Source of the DNA: Lytechinus pictus
Taxonomy: Eukaryota
Reading direction: 5' to 3'
Length of the DNA stretch: 64,000 nt
Assembly: GCF_037042905.1 (NCBI RefSeq)
Contig: NC_087251.1
Location: 1,924,001 to 1,988,000 of the forward strand
The translations under genes were made by a program, and so were the position numbers. The notes beneath the pieces were generated by a model. The model was not told the DNA's origin. It saw only the letters and a list, made by a program, of their open reading frames with translations, and did no database searches. This document shows positions 11,880 to 24,779 of this stretch, piece by piece. Every line of letters starts with the position of its first letter. The stretch's first letter is position 1.

Positions 11880-13340
11880 ATTATGGTGAAGCCAATTTAA
11901 AAGGAGGTGAGACAAGTTTCAATGGAGGTTTAAAAAAATAATAAACTGCATGTATTATGGTGAAGCCAATTTAAAAGGAGGTGAGGCAAGTTTCAATGGA
12001 GGTTTAAAAAAAAAAAACTATACTAAGAATTATGGTGAAGCCAATTTAAAAGGAGGTGAGGCAAGTTTCAATGGAGGTTTTTAAAAAGAATAAACTGTAC
12101 TACAAATTATGGTGAAGCCAATTTAAAAGGAGGTGAGGCAAGTTTCAATTGAGGTTTTTAAAAAGAATAAACTGTACTACAAATTTAAAAGGAGGCGAGG
12201 CAAGTTTCAATGGAGGTTTTTAAAAAAGAATAAACTGTACTACAAATTATGGTGAAGCCAATTCAAAAGGAGGTGAGGCAAGTTTCAATGGAGGTTTTAA
12301 AAAAAGAATAAACTGTACTACAAATTATGGTGAAGCCAATTCAAAAGGAGGTGAGGCAAGTTTCAATGGAGGTTTAAAAAAATAAACTGTATTATGGTGA
12401 AGCCAATTTAAAAGGAGGTGAGGCAAGTTTCAATTGAGGTTTTTAAAAAGAATAAACTGTATTATGGTGAAGCCAGTTTAAAAGGAGGTGAGGCAAGTTT
12501 CAATGGAGGTTTTTAAAAAGAATAAACTGTACTACAAATTTAAAAGGAGGCGACGCAAGTTTCATTAGAGGTTTTTAAAAAGAATAAACTGTACTACAAA
12601 TTATGGTGAAGCCAATTTAAAAGGAGGTGAGGCAAGTTTTAATGGAGGTTTTTAAAAAGAATAAACTGTACTAAGAATTGTGGTGAAGCCAATTTAAAAG
12701 GAGGTGAGGCGCAAGTTTCAATGGAGGTTTTTAAAAAGAATAAACTGTATATGGTGAAGCCAATTTAAAAGGAGGTGAGGCAAGTTTCAATGGAGGTTTT
12801 TAAAAAGAAAAAACTGTACTACAAATTATGGTGAAGCCAATTTAAAAGGAGGTGAGGCAAGTTTCAATGGAAGTTTTTAAAAAAGAATAAACTGTACTAC
12901 AAATTATGGTGAAGCCAATTTAAAAGGAGGTGAGGCAATTAAGTTTCAATGGAGGTTTTTAAAAAGAATAAAATGTACTACAAATTATGGTGAAGCCAAT
13001 TTAAAAGGAGGTGAGGCAAGTTTTAATGGAGGTTTTTAAAAAGAATAAACTGTATTATGGTGAAGCCAATTTAAAAGGAGGTGAGGCAAGTTTCAATGGA
13101 GGTTTTTAAAAAGAATAAACTGTATATGGTGAAGCCAATTTAAAAGGAGGTGAGGCAAGTTTCAATGGAGGTTTTTAAAAAGAATAAACTGTATTACAAA
13201 TTATGGTGAAGCCAATTTAAAAGGAGGTGAGGCAATTAGTTAATGGAGGTTTTTAAAAAGAATAAACTGTATTACAAGTTATGGTGAAGGCAATTTGAGA
13301 GGAGGTAAGGCATGTCTACAATGATTTTTTTTAAAGAATG
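11880..13340 (+). repeat. Tandem array in the left foldback arm (~20 units of ~62-81 bp)
   Basis: Unit TTATGGTGAAGCCAATTTAAAAGGAGGTGAGGCAAGTTTCAATGGAGGTTTTTAAAAAGAATAAACTGTA(CTACAAA). Confidence 0.95.
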
Positions 13341-14829
13341 ATAAGTGTAGAATAATTCAAATGATGAAGCCATCTTGAGAGGTGCATGAGGCAAGTCTAC
13401 AATGAGGTTTCTAAAAACAATGAATAGTGAAGAAAAAGATCGCAATTGCTTTTAATAATCCACAAAATTGTGTAGTTATTTATTTCATGCAAATTGCTAT
13501 TAATTGATTATGCTCATTTGTGCATAATTAGTATACTATACCTATTCCTCTAACTCCCTAAATAAAGCTCCAAATGTTCTAATTTTTGGTTTAGAAACTC
13601 TTTGTGGTGTTCTTCGATAAATGTATTTCTTGTGTTTTTACCTTTGTATTGCATTGTTTTTTTTTCAACGATGCTCGGACTCTCGTAACAGCATAAAATA
13701 AATCAGTTTAGTTCAACAAAACTAAAAACAATTAGGCATTCATGAATTTTGGTTGAAAACGCATATTCCATTGACGTGGTACACAAATATCACAATTTTG
13801 AGCCATTTTTGTCTGATATGCACTTACAAATTGTTTTGTAATTTTCAGAACCCAGTACCCAGGCTTCGCAAAACTGGTCTCAAAACATGCAAAAGACTTT
13901 TTTTTTAAATCGCAGAGCTCAGAGCCCCCCCCCCCCCCCCCCCTGCGTAAATAGGTTAAGTTTGCATTAATTTTGAACTTTTCCATTCCCAAATACGTAA
14001 TATCCCCTCCCCAAAAATGCAATTGTCACTGAAATGGAATATACATAATATATTTTTTAATAAGCCATGTTTTGCAAAATAATCATCATGTCATCCTTTG
14101 TCAACAAGAAATCTGTACATGTCCTCTGGAAGAAAATAATACCTCGGCCGCCTATTAAATTCTAAGTTTTGATTTTGTAAGTATTTTACTTAGCAATTTG
14201 GCTGGCTTATCAAAATGCTTAAACTTGTATGCAGATCAGATCTCAGAATTTACCTTATCCAAATTGAACTAAATACTAATACCCATTGTGATGTTATAAA
14301 TTTTGAGCCAAATAGTGCCAAATGTGTGAATGTATTTCTGTGCGTATCATTTTTGTATATGTAGACTTAAGTCTAGTAGATGGCTGACTTACATTTAAGC
14401 AAAATATTTAGCCAAAAAAAAATGCAATTGAATACCAAAGATGGATAAGTATTTTACTTTTGCAAAATACTGAGTAAAATATACTTGAAATTGTGGCTTT
14501 AAGAGTAGCATTGAATACCGGCCCTGTTCCTCATCATCATTATCATCCCACTAATTGACTGAACCATATAGTATTAAACAAAGCTAATTTCCACATGTTC
14601 AGGGAGGAATTAATCGTTGTATCACTTGACATTAAGGAGAAACTTAGAATATTTCATATTTCCTATAATAAAATACAAAAGAAATAGTGAGAGGATGACG
14701 TCATCAGTCTCCTCAGGTGCATACAGACCAGGATGTGCATATAACTGTTTTTTTTAATTAAGCAAAACTTTAAAATGTCATAACTTTGAATTATATTCTA
14801 CACTTATCATTCTTTAAAAAAAATCATTA

Positions 14830-15770
14830 TAGACATGCCTCACCTCCTCTCAAATTGCCTTCACCATAACTTGTAATACAGTTTATTCTTTTAAAAAACC
14901 TCCATTAACTAATTGCCTCACCTCCTTTTAAATTGGCTTCACCATAATTTATAATACAGTTTATTCTTTTTAAAAACCTCCATTGAAACTTGCCTCACCT
15001 CCTTTTAAATTGGCTTCACCATAATTTGTAGTACAGTTTATTCTTTTTAAAAACCTCCATTGAAACTTGCCTCGCCTCCTTTTAAATTTGTAGTACAGTT
15101 TATTCTTTTTAAAAACCTCCATTGACACTTGCGTCGCCTCATTTTAAATTTGTAGTATACCCAGTTGTTGTGTGTCCGGACAGGTTGTGTGTCCGGACGA
15201 TCAATTTTAGAAAGTCATTTGGAAAAATTTACAAGCGAAGTTTCATCAATGTTTAGTGCAAAATGTAAGGAAATATTATGATAGAGAACAAAATGGAAGA
15301 TGATTACAACTATTGAATTCATATTTTTAGTGTAATCCAAAGACAAAAAAGAAGGCTTCAAAAATATAAAGTGTCCGGACACCCGACCCCCCATCCTACA
15401 GTTTATTCTTTTTTTAAAACCTCCATTCAAACTTGCCTCACCTCCTTTTAAACTGGCTTCACCATAATACAGTTTATTCTTTTTAAAAACCTCCATTAAA
15501 ACTTGCCTCACCTCCTTTCAAATTGGCTTCACCATAATTAATAGTACAGTTTATTCTTTTTAAAAACCTCCATTGAAACTTAATTGCCTCACCTCCTTTT
15601 AAATTGGCTTCACCATAATTCTTAGTATAGTTTATTTTTTTTTTAAACCTCCATTGAATCTTGCCTCACCTCCTTTTAAATTGGCTTCACCATAATACAG
15701 TTTATTATTTTGTGAAACCTCCATTGAAACTTGTCTCACCTCCTTTTAAATTGGCTTCACCATAATATTC
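14830..15770 (-). repeat. Inverted tandem array in the right foldback arm (~10 units), interrupted at 15158-15396
   Basis: Reverse complement of the left-arm unit. Confidence 0.93.
15158..15396 (+). mobile_element. Small TA-flanked element with GTGTCCGGAC(AC) palindromic motifs
   Basis: Inserted at a TA within a repeat unit (TA on both sides); related, longer copy in opposite orientation at 40939-41577. Confidence 0.7.
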
Positions 15771-16329
15771 AGGTAAGGTATATTCATTCTTTTTTTAAAA
15801 ACATCATTGTTCACTTCCCTCACCTATAGATCATTTGGCTATATAATACCTTTTATTTTACACTATTCTTCCCTTTAAAAAAAAACCTGATTGTACTCCT
15901 GCCTCCCCTGATCTGACATTTGCCTCTCAACGTACTGTACATAGTGTTATTTTATTATCTCTTTATATCGGAAACTTCGTTTTACCGAATTGCCATGCAC
16001 TCTCTCCGACGCGTTTGAAGTCTTAGACAGCATGGAATACTACCAGCCGATGGTACACACACGCACACACACACACGTTATTTGACAACTTGTCTCTGGA
16101 GCCAAAGTTCCTCGCATATAACTATCTGCATGCCTGCACGCAGTGTGTATTGAACACGCACGACCACGATCTAATGAATATTCATCGGCGAGAGTGACGT
16201 CATTTTACGAGTCTCCTTTCAAACTTGGATCATAAGTGCCTACCGTTCTTTTCTCCGGGTCCTTTCTGTGTTTTTTTTTTTCTTCTTCAATCATCATGCT
16301 CATGGTGAAAGTACTTAGCCGGCCAGTGC

Positions 16330-16588
16330 CGTATATAGATAGAGAGAGCGCCATCTATCTAAAAGTAAACACGTCGTCAGCTTTGATCAGCTAGCTAATC
16401 TATTCAGCGATTAACTTTTGATCTGCTCTGTGACTTTCATTGCTATGGTTTTGGAATTGGAATACCTCGAAATTGTGCCTAACAAAGCGAAGTGATTATT
16501 TTTTTTACATAGTTTACACATTTTACACACTTGCACTGAACCAAGTGACATTTATAATCAGGTTCAACAGTTTATTCAGCTGTAACGT
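16330..16588 (+). promoter_or_regulatory. Putative promoter / non-coding first exon (possibly bidirectional)
   Basis: Local CpG enrichment, GCGCCATCT motif at ~16348, consensus donor GTAAGT at 16589 (alternative donors near 16642, 17209, 18431). Inference only. Confidence 0.35.
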
Positions 16589-17410
16589 GTAAGTATCAAT
16601 CCATTTCGGACAGTACGGTACCTTTGGCTTTGCCTGGCCAGGGTAAGATCTAGTCCCATACACAATGATTGTTGTTACGCTTATTTATTTTAGGTCTAAC
16701 CTTTCAGTTTATAATTAGGTTCACCCATCAGCCCATGGGTGCATTACTGCCGCTGTGTACAGGAAAATTGAAAGCACGGCGCAAGCAAAATTGCAACAAA
16801 TTCCCGCGAATTTCACACAAAAAAATTGTAAAACTAAAAGTAAGTAGGCTACTAAGAATCTTTCCGAACGATGTGAAGTCAATTCTCCCTAATTATGATG
16901 AATATCCCTCAAATAGCGTCATTTAAGCGTTGATTTTTCTTCTCGTTGACAAAATACTGACCCTGCTTCCATCTCCCAAATTTTTCGTCTAATGAGCTAA
17001 AGAGGGCGCGGGCGCGCGGTTTATCTTCATATCGAAGACACTACACAAGGGAAAGACTAAGCACAAAAACTATTTTACACGTAGATCGATGCAAAGGCAA
17101 AGCGTTACGCGAAGTCTGCAAAGCCAAAGTGTCCAATCCTTTTACTCTAAAGACTGGTGGAATGTTAATTGAAAAACGAATGGTTACACTTGTGGGGCTT
17201 CGTTCAAGGTACGTAGAATTTTCTATATTTTTTTTTTAATTTGTCATCGCTTTGAATATTTTTCAAAAAGTATTATCGTCAGCAAAAATAATATAAAAAG
17301 TATGGTTTTTAAAGTTTTTATTGGTGTCTCTATTTTATCAAACAATCATTGGAATTGCGCAAACAATGAATTATATAATCTAGTTTAAAAATACAGACAA
17401 GGTGAATTAA

Positions 17411-18348
17411 GGACGTTCCACAGTTAAAGTTAAATCCATGTCATTTTCACCAAACTTTGCACATAGATACTTTAGAACCTTAATATTCGAAATATGCGAA
17501 AATTAACATAGGTCCATGTGCTTGATTTTTTGCTATAGAGCTTCAAAGTTTACTCAAATTGATGTTCTTAAGAATTGCGCATTCAAAAGAATTTGGCATT
17601 TTTAGACCGCCCAAGATTACTACAATGAGTTTAAAAACCTCCATTACTCAGTCAAAATACATGAAAAAGTCATCAAATTTCGCAAGAGAGTTAATAATTG
17701 TATCGTTAGAATGGAGAATCTGTTATTAGTGCTATTTGTTTGCAATTCTAAGTTTAACAGCACTGTCAATTCTTAAAAATGGCGTAAAAGATAACAAAAT
17801 TCCAATCTAAAAAATGTAAAATTTCAGTAACAAACTACAAACGTACAATAAATGCTGCACTTTATTCAAAATCCATGTCATTTTCACCAAAATTTGCAGA
17901 GTTGTAGAGGAAGGTATACCTAAGAGGTACAAACATTAAAAAATAGGGGTTCATGTGCTTGTTTTTAAACTATCAGCATTTTTATTAGAGCAAATGTGCT
18001 TTTTAAAACACCAAAAATGGGGCGAATGCTTAGTATCTATGTGAAGAAAAAATCAAAACCACTCTACCATTTATTCAAACTCGGGGCAATATTCGTGATT
18101 CTTGGCAGCACTGCAGAGTAAAGTATTTTGAAATTGTTGAGAATATTTTTTTGAATGGTCCATGGAATAATTCAATTTTTTAGCTTCATGAAATAACGCA
18201 TCGGATCTGCAGTTAAAGTGCAGAAGATGAGAAAAATCAGCTCATACCCGCAGCTAATTAATCACCTGTTAATCCATTGTGACGTCAGCGCGCAGAGTGT
18301 AAACTATGCGCAGATCATAATGCGCACAAATATAACTGTGGAACGTCC
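17411..18348. mobile_element. Kolobok-type MITE
   Basis: Perfect 16-bp TIR GGACGTTCCACAGTTA, TTAA on both sides, RR..YY termini. Confidence 0.88.
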
Positions 18349-18838
18349 TTAAGGTTGTGAATTGTATTAGCACCACCAACGACCTTTTATTTCCGTCGAA
18401 GAGATGTGCGAAGCAACTTTCCAGGCCGAGGTAAGCGATTTTGCTCTTATTTTATATGCTTTTTACATTAAAAAATTTGTAAAATTGAAAATTGAACGCT
18501 TTTCACCAGAAAAAGCCCTGGTGAGTAGCGGAATAAGTTTCCGCTAACATTATTCGCGTTTTGAAGCGATGTTAACCGACAATTCTAAAATCCATAGCGT
18601 AAACACGTACGTGGTGCCAGGTTTGTATAGCATACTAACCTCGCAATTCGTGTGAATGAATTAGGTTAGTATTTTTAAGTGAGTCTATTATATAAAACCC
18701 CATGGTGGTAATAATTTTGAGGACTCGATTCGTGTCTTTTCTTATTTTCTTTTAACTGAGGAATAGGATTTTCAAATAATGTATTGTAGGCTTTTCAGTT
18801 TTTTACTTACATGCTTGACTTGAGGCCGTTCTCATTAA

Positions 18839-19427
18839 AGATGAATGAAACCTTTGGAACAAGTAGGCTTGTATCAAAACTCAAAGAATAAAAACAAAGA
18901 AAGTTTGAGAAAAATCGGACCAATAATGAGAAAGTTATGAGCATTTGAATATTGCAATCACTAATGCCATGGAGATCCTCACATTGGCAATGTGACAAGG
19001 ATGTGTGATGTCACATATGAACAACTTTCCCTTTGATGGACTGTAAAATACCCCCAAAATGTTTCTTCTTGCTTTTTCTTAAGGTGATACAAACTCTTTA
19101 TCCATGATGTAGCCTATTCTTTAAAAATCTTTATTACATGCCCTCCTATAGAAAGAACACATGATACACGTATACTGATAGATGTGATAAAAGAAGCAGT
19201 TTAAGTGAAATATATACTAAAGTGATAGGGAGAGTTGTTCACAAGTGACATCACACATCTTTGTCGCATTGCCAATTTGAGGATCTCCATAGCATTATTG
19301 ATCGCAATGTTCAAATGCTCATAACTTTCTCATTATTTGTCCGATTTTGCTCAAACTTTCGTTGATCTGTTTCTTTGATTTTTCTGTTTTCACACAAGCT
19401 ATCTTATTCCAAAGGTTTCATTCTCCT
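18839..19427. mobile_element. Kolobok-type palindromic MITE
   Basis: TTAA flanks; AG(A/G)(T/A)GAATGAAACCTTTGGAA TIR; long imperfect arms; related to 43379-43668 and 58788-59370. Confidence 0.85.
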
Positions 19428-19446
19428 TTAACATTTTGGCTTTCTA

Positions 19447-19865
19447 AAACTAGTTTACTGGAAACCGATTCAGGAAACCAGCTTGGAAGATCGCTTTGCT
19501 AGCATTCCCATTTGATCACACGAAAGTGGTTTTCAAAATCATTGAACGTAAAGCGATCTTGTTGCTATGGAAACACTCTCAGTGGGGTGACGCAGTTCAC
19601 GCGAATTTCAAAACCGCAGCAATTCTACACCTGTCGTGTGGAGTAGCGCGCTCAATATGTGCGAAGATCGCTTCCCGAAGAACAGTTGTGTCTACACGCT
19701 AAAACCAGTTTAACAAGGCAAAGCGATCTTGAAAACTACATCGCGAGGTGGTTTCCTGAACCGGTTTGGAAGATCGCTTCCAGGCCAAGAACGCTTCGAC
19801 CATTCTCACTACACATTAAACTAGTTTCCAGTAAACTAGTTTCAGGAAGGTAGTGAGAATGGTAT
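19447..19865. mobile_element. Palindromic MITE (Harbinger-like), left end degraded
   Basis: AAACTAGTTTACTGGAAAC / GTTTCCAGTAAACTAGTTT inverted arms, repeated AAGATCGCTT motifs. Confidence 0.6.
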
Positions 19866-20414
19866 CTTTGTGGCTTACTTGGTAGTAAACTCTAAGACCA
19901 AGTTCCTCATATGTCATGATTGAAGTACAACAAACACTGTTAACTCACTGTCTTCCACTCTTCTAGGATGCATCAGGACTTCAATTACATGGATAAAAGC
20001 TGCCAGAGTAGTAAGACTTTCAAGCACCATTGTACCAAATCCATAGAATGATAGATATTTAATTTAAAAAATTACCTAATTTGTGATATCCAATCTGCAG
20101 ATCTAATTTCACCCCAAAAAAGTTCACATTTTGCTCAAACCAAAAAATAATAAAATCACTAAAAACATGATAAAAATTATAATTTAAAAAGTTATGAAAT
20201 TACCCCGATGATAAGCCTTTTCTTCATCATTCTGTGCATTTGTGTGTTACTGCTGACTTTCTACAAACGCACCACTCTGTAGATGCGTGTCGTTGCCTAT
20301 GAGGTCAATAGTGTTATGTTTTGACCTCGTTTGCTACCAATCTTTCTCTTAGACTGTACAACAAGGTCAAAACAAAGTATTATTGACCTGTGTCTTAGCA
20401 TACCTCACCGCTGT

Positions 20415-20510
20415 AGGAGGAGGAGGAGGAAGAGAAGAAGTAGAAGAAGAAGAAGGAGGAGGAGGAAGAGAAGGAGGAGGGAGGAAAAGAAGAAGGGGGA
20501 GGGAAGAGGA
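20415..20510 (+). repeat. Purine-rich (AGG/AGA)n microsatellite
   Basis: Visible low-complexity tract. Confidence 0.9.
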
Positions 20511-20855
20511 GATACTTTTTTATCCTGTAAAGTTACAACCTGTTAGATTCTAGGGCCTGTTTTTCATATTTCCCTGCCTGTGGCCTGTGTAAAAAAATAT
20601 AACTTGCAGATTTGACAATAAGGAAGTTCTTCAATGTACGTAAGAACAATGATGATTCTACATGTTCATGGAGGAATCACATTTTGTTTCACTTTATATT
20701 CATAATAAAATTAATGAACACTTCATTTTGAATACATGCAAAAGAAATCAGTTCTCTTATTTACTTACTTACATCAAGGAGAAGCTCCTTGCTTACATGC
20801 AATCATAACTCTTTGTAAGATGAGTCCCATTGTTTTGTATCTCCTATGCAGTAAG

Positions 20856-21020
20856 ATGGGTAATTGCTTATCAGGTGGAGAGCCTACACACAGAAGGAGT
20901 GGTGGTGGTGGGAATGGAGGTGCGAAACAAACTAAGATTCGTACACACATGCTCTTTCCGCCAAAGACATCTTCTGGTGCCAGTCCAAGATCATCACCAC
21001 AGTCGCCAAGGAAACTCTGA
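20856..21020 (+). CDS. Candidate 54-aa N-myristoylated/palmitoylated microprotein (MGNCLSGG...SPRSSPQSPRKL), contained in exon 20852-21043
   Basis: Polypyrimidine tract + CAG acceptor 20850-51, Kozak AAGATGG, stop TGA, donor AAG|GTAAGA at 21044. GC-richer than flanks; MGxCxS motif. Confidence 0.55.
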   Translation: MGNCLSGGEPTHRRSGGGGNGGAKQTKIRTHMLFPPKTSSGASPRSSPQSPRKL

Positions 21021-21342
21021 TGATGTTCTAGCAAAATTTAAAGGTAAGAATCTATTTTCTTTGTAGATTTTTGAAAGATTCTGATATTGAAATAGGCAAT
21101 GATGCTTGATTAAAGACCAAGTCCACCTCAATAAAAAGTGGATTTGAATTGAATAAAAAATGAGAAAAATCAAACAAGCATCATGCTGGAAATTACATCA
21201 AAATTGAATCTGAAAAAAATAAGAAAGTCAAAACATTTAAAGTTTTTTCTAATTTTCACAAAACAATTATGATTATGCTCATCATGGTTAGTATGCAGGG
21301 GAACCAAAGACATACATGTAATACACTCAGTATTTTGGGGTA

Positions 21343-23468
21343 TTTTTAGCTCATCCGGCCCGAAGGGCCAGATGAGCTTGTGCCGTGGCGTGGCGTTCGT
21401 CGTCTGTCGTCCGTCCACAATTTCAAAATGCTTCTTCTTCGCCATTTCAAGTCCGATTTCAATTCTGTTTGCTTTATATGATAGCACTAGGTGGGGGATT
21501 CAAAACTTCTACACAGAATTTTGAAATTCATTAAATATGCTAATTTATGCGCATTTTTCAAAGTTCACAAAAAATGCTTCTTCTTTATTTATTGACCGAT
21601 TTTGATTTTTTTGCTTCCATCTGGTAGAGCTTTATGAGGTTCAACAAACTTCTACACAGAATTTTAAAATTTTGACTAGAACAATTTTTATGCTAATGTA
21701 TGCAAAATTAATTTATGCATATTTTTAAAAATTCACATAAAATGCTTCTTCTTTATTCGTTGACCAATTTTGATTTTTTTTTCTTCCATCTGGTAGAGCT
21801 TCATGAGGTTCACCTAACTTCTACACAGAATTTTAAATTTGGAGTAGAAAATTATTTATGCTAATTTATGCAAAATTCATAAGTCACAGAAAATGCCTCT
21901 TCTTTATTTGTTGACTGAATTTCAAAATGCTTCTTCTTCGTCATTTCAAGTCTGATTTCAATTCTGTTTGCTTTATATGATAGCATTAGGTGGGGATTCA
22001 AAATTTCTTCACAGAATTTTGAAACTCACTAAATATGCTAATTTATGCATATTTTTAAAAATTCACTTAAAATGCTTCTTCTTTAATTGTTAACCGATTT
22101 TGATTTTTTTCTTCCATCTGGTAGAACTTCATGAGGTTTACCAAACTTCTACACAGAATTTTGACATTTTCAGTAGAAAATTATTTATGCTAATATATGC
22201 GAAATGTATTCATAAATCACAGAAAATGCCTCTTCTTCTTTATTTGTTGACCGATTTTGATTTTTTTTCTTCCATCTGGTAGAGCTGCATGAGGTTCACC
22301 AAACTTGTACACAAAATTTTGAAATTTTTATTAGAAAATTATTTATGCTAATTTATGCAAAGTTTATTCATAAATCACAAAAACCGTTTTTTCTTCATTT
22401 ATTGATCAATTTCAATTTTGTTTGCTTTATTTCATAGCTCGAGGTGGAGATACAAAATTTCAACACAGAATTTTGAAACTCTCAACACAGAATTTTGAAA
22501 CTCATTAAATATGCTAATTTATTCATATATTTTCAAAACTCACAAAAAATACTAATTTATTTCTTTTTGATTTTTATTATTTTTGTTTCATCTGGTAGAA
22601 CTTCATGAGGTTTACCAAACTCCTACACAGAATTTTGAAATTTTCAGTACAAAATTATTTATGCTAATATATGCGAAATGTATTCATAAATCACAGAAAA
22701 TGCCTCTTCTTCTTTAATTGTTAACCGTTTTTTTTTTTTTTTCTTCCATCTGGTAGAACTTCATGAGGTTTACCAAACTTCTACACAGAATTTTGAAATT
22801 TTCAGTAGAAAATTATTTATGCTAATATATGCAAAATGTATTCATAAATCACAGAAAATGCCTCTTCTTCTTTATTTGTTGACCGATTTTGATTTTTTTT
22901 TCTTCCATCTGGTAGAGCTGCATGAGGTTCACCAAACTTGTACACAAAATTTTGAAATTTTTTCTAGAAAATTATTTATGCTAATTTATGCAAAGTTTAT
23001 TCATAAATCACAAAAAACGTTTTTTCTTCATTTGTTGATCAATTTCAATTTTGTTTGCTTTATATGATAGCTCAAGGTGGTGATACAAAATTTCAACACA
23101 GAATTTTGAAACTCATTAAATATGCTAATTTATTCATATATTTTCAAAACTCACAAAAAATACTGATTTATTTCTTTTTGATTTTGATTATTTTTGTTTC
23201 ATCTGAGAGCTACATGAGGTTCACCAAGGTTCTACACAGAGTTTAGAAATTTTGACTAGAAATTTTTTTATGCTTAATTTATATAAAATTTATTCATAGA
23301 TAAAAACAAATGCTTCTATGTCATTTCTTCATCAATTTCAATTCTATTTCCTCAATTTATGTCACCAATGTAATTCACTATGTACAGTGTCAACTGGGCT
23401 GAAATTAAAATTGTGTTAAATTTCGTTGCCAGATGCCGGATGAGCTCCACATCATTGATGTGCTAGTT
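21343..23468 (+). mobile_element. Helentron-associated / DINE-1-like non-autonomous element
   Basis: Starts in a T-tract; subTIR AGCTCATCCGGC with a nearby inverted copy, (GTCC)-like microsatellite, internal tandem repeats, 3' subTIR GCCGGATGAGCT + hairpin CACATCA-T-TGATGTG + CTAGTT. Confidence 0.85.
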
Positions 23469-23838
23469 GTATTTGCAAAAATAAGGTTTTTTCTCTCCTG
23501 ATTATACTTTGAAACAAAGTTTGATTCGTCCATGAACACATAGAATTGCCACTTTTATCTTGCCTGCATAGCAGAGCGAGACTGTAGGCGCCGCTTTTCC
23601 TGCGGCGGCGTTGTCAACATTGAAATCTTAACCAAGGTTAAGTTTTTGAAATGTCATTGTAACTTAAAAATTAAATGGACCTAGTTCATGAAACTTGGAC
23701 ATAAGGGTTATCAAGTATAACTGAACACTCTGCCTGACTTTCAGGTCACATGGTCAATGTACATGTAAAAGGTCATATAGGGTCAATGAACTTAGACCAT
23801 GTTGGGGGAATCAATATCAAAATTTCATCCAAGGTTAA

Positions 23839-24232
23839 AGAGAAATTCCAGTATTTGCAGTAAACACTGATTTCATGAGAAAGTCTGTAAAACAAGGCTT
23901 AATTGTCAGTATATCATCGAGGATCTATATCTGGTACAGTTACATAAACTGAACTTTGTGAAATCTTGAAATCTACGCTGAAAAATGTTCACACTGAAGA
24001 TCACCAACACAGATAGGCACACGTGGGACAGTGTATTATTATTGCTAAAATAAAGACCCGACGGAAGTGACCGAATCCGCGCTTATTTTGCTTATTTCTC
24101 AGCAATTACACAATTTCTTCCAGAATCCTTTGGCACATATTTTTTATTCATACAAACAGACACTTAGGTGGTCATTATATTAGATTCTGTAAAAAGTCAT
24201 TTTTAGATCGTTACCAAAACTGGAATTTATCT
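23839..24232. mobile_element. Kolobok-type MITE
   Basis: TTAA flanks, TIR AGA(G/T)AAATTCCAGT. Confidence 0.85.
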
Positions 24233-24779
24233 TTAAGTTTTTGAAATGTTGTCATAACGTATATGGACCTAGTTCATGAAACTTAGACATAAGGGTAATG
24301 GTTTATCACTGAAGATCAAGGTCACATGACCAAGGTCAAAGGTCACTTCGGGTCAACAAACTTTGGCCATGTTGGGGTATTTGTGGAATTGTCATAACTT
24401 TCAACTTTTATGGATCAAGTTCAAGGAAACTTGGACATACATGTAAGAGCAATCAAGTATCCCTGAACATCCTGTGTGAGATTCAGGTCACATGACCAAG
24501 GTCAAAGGTCATTTAGGGTCAACAAACTTTGGTAATGTTGGAGGTATTTGTGGAATTGTCATAACTTTTAAAGTTTATGGACCAACATGTAGTTCATGAA
24601 ACTTGGACATAAGAGCAATCAAGTATCCCTGAACATCCTGTGTGAGATTCAGGTCACATGACCAAGGCCAAAGGTCATTTAGGGTCAACAAACTTTGTTG
24701 GAGATATTTGTGGAATTGTCATAACTTTTAAAGTTTATGGACCAACATGTAGTTCATGAAACTTGGACATAAGACTTAA

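Larger units (their letters stand above)
11397..16244. mobile_element. Foldback transposon (MULE-like, non-autonomous) with very long modular TIRs
   Basis: GGTAGGCACTTATG... / ...CATAAGTGCCTACC termini; exact 9-bp TSD GTTCTTTTC (11388-11396, 16245-16253); ~480-bp near-identical outer inverted arms followed by inverted tandem arrays; non-coding spacer ~13340-14790. Confidence 0.92.

Noticed and set aside
11880..13340. CRISPR-like array
   Set aside because: Eukaryotic context, no unique spacers; it is the tandem domain of a foldback TIR, mirrored at 14830-15770.
13340..14790. Transposase within the foldback spacer
   Set aside because: Only a short non-specific ORF and fragments of other MITEs.
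20331..20546. Arg-rich protamine-like ORF
   Set aside because: Produced by an AGG/AGA microsatellite.
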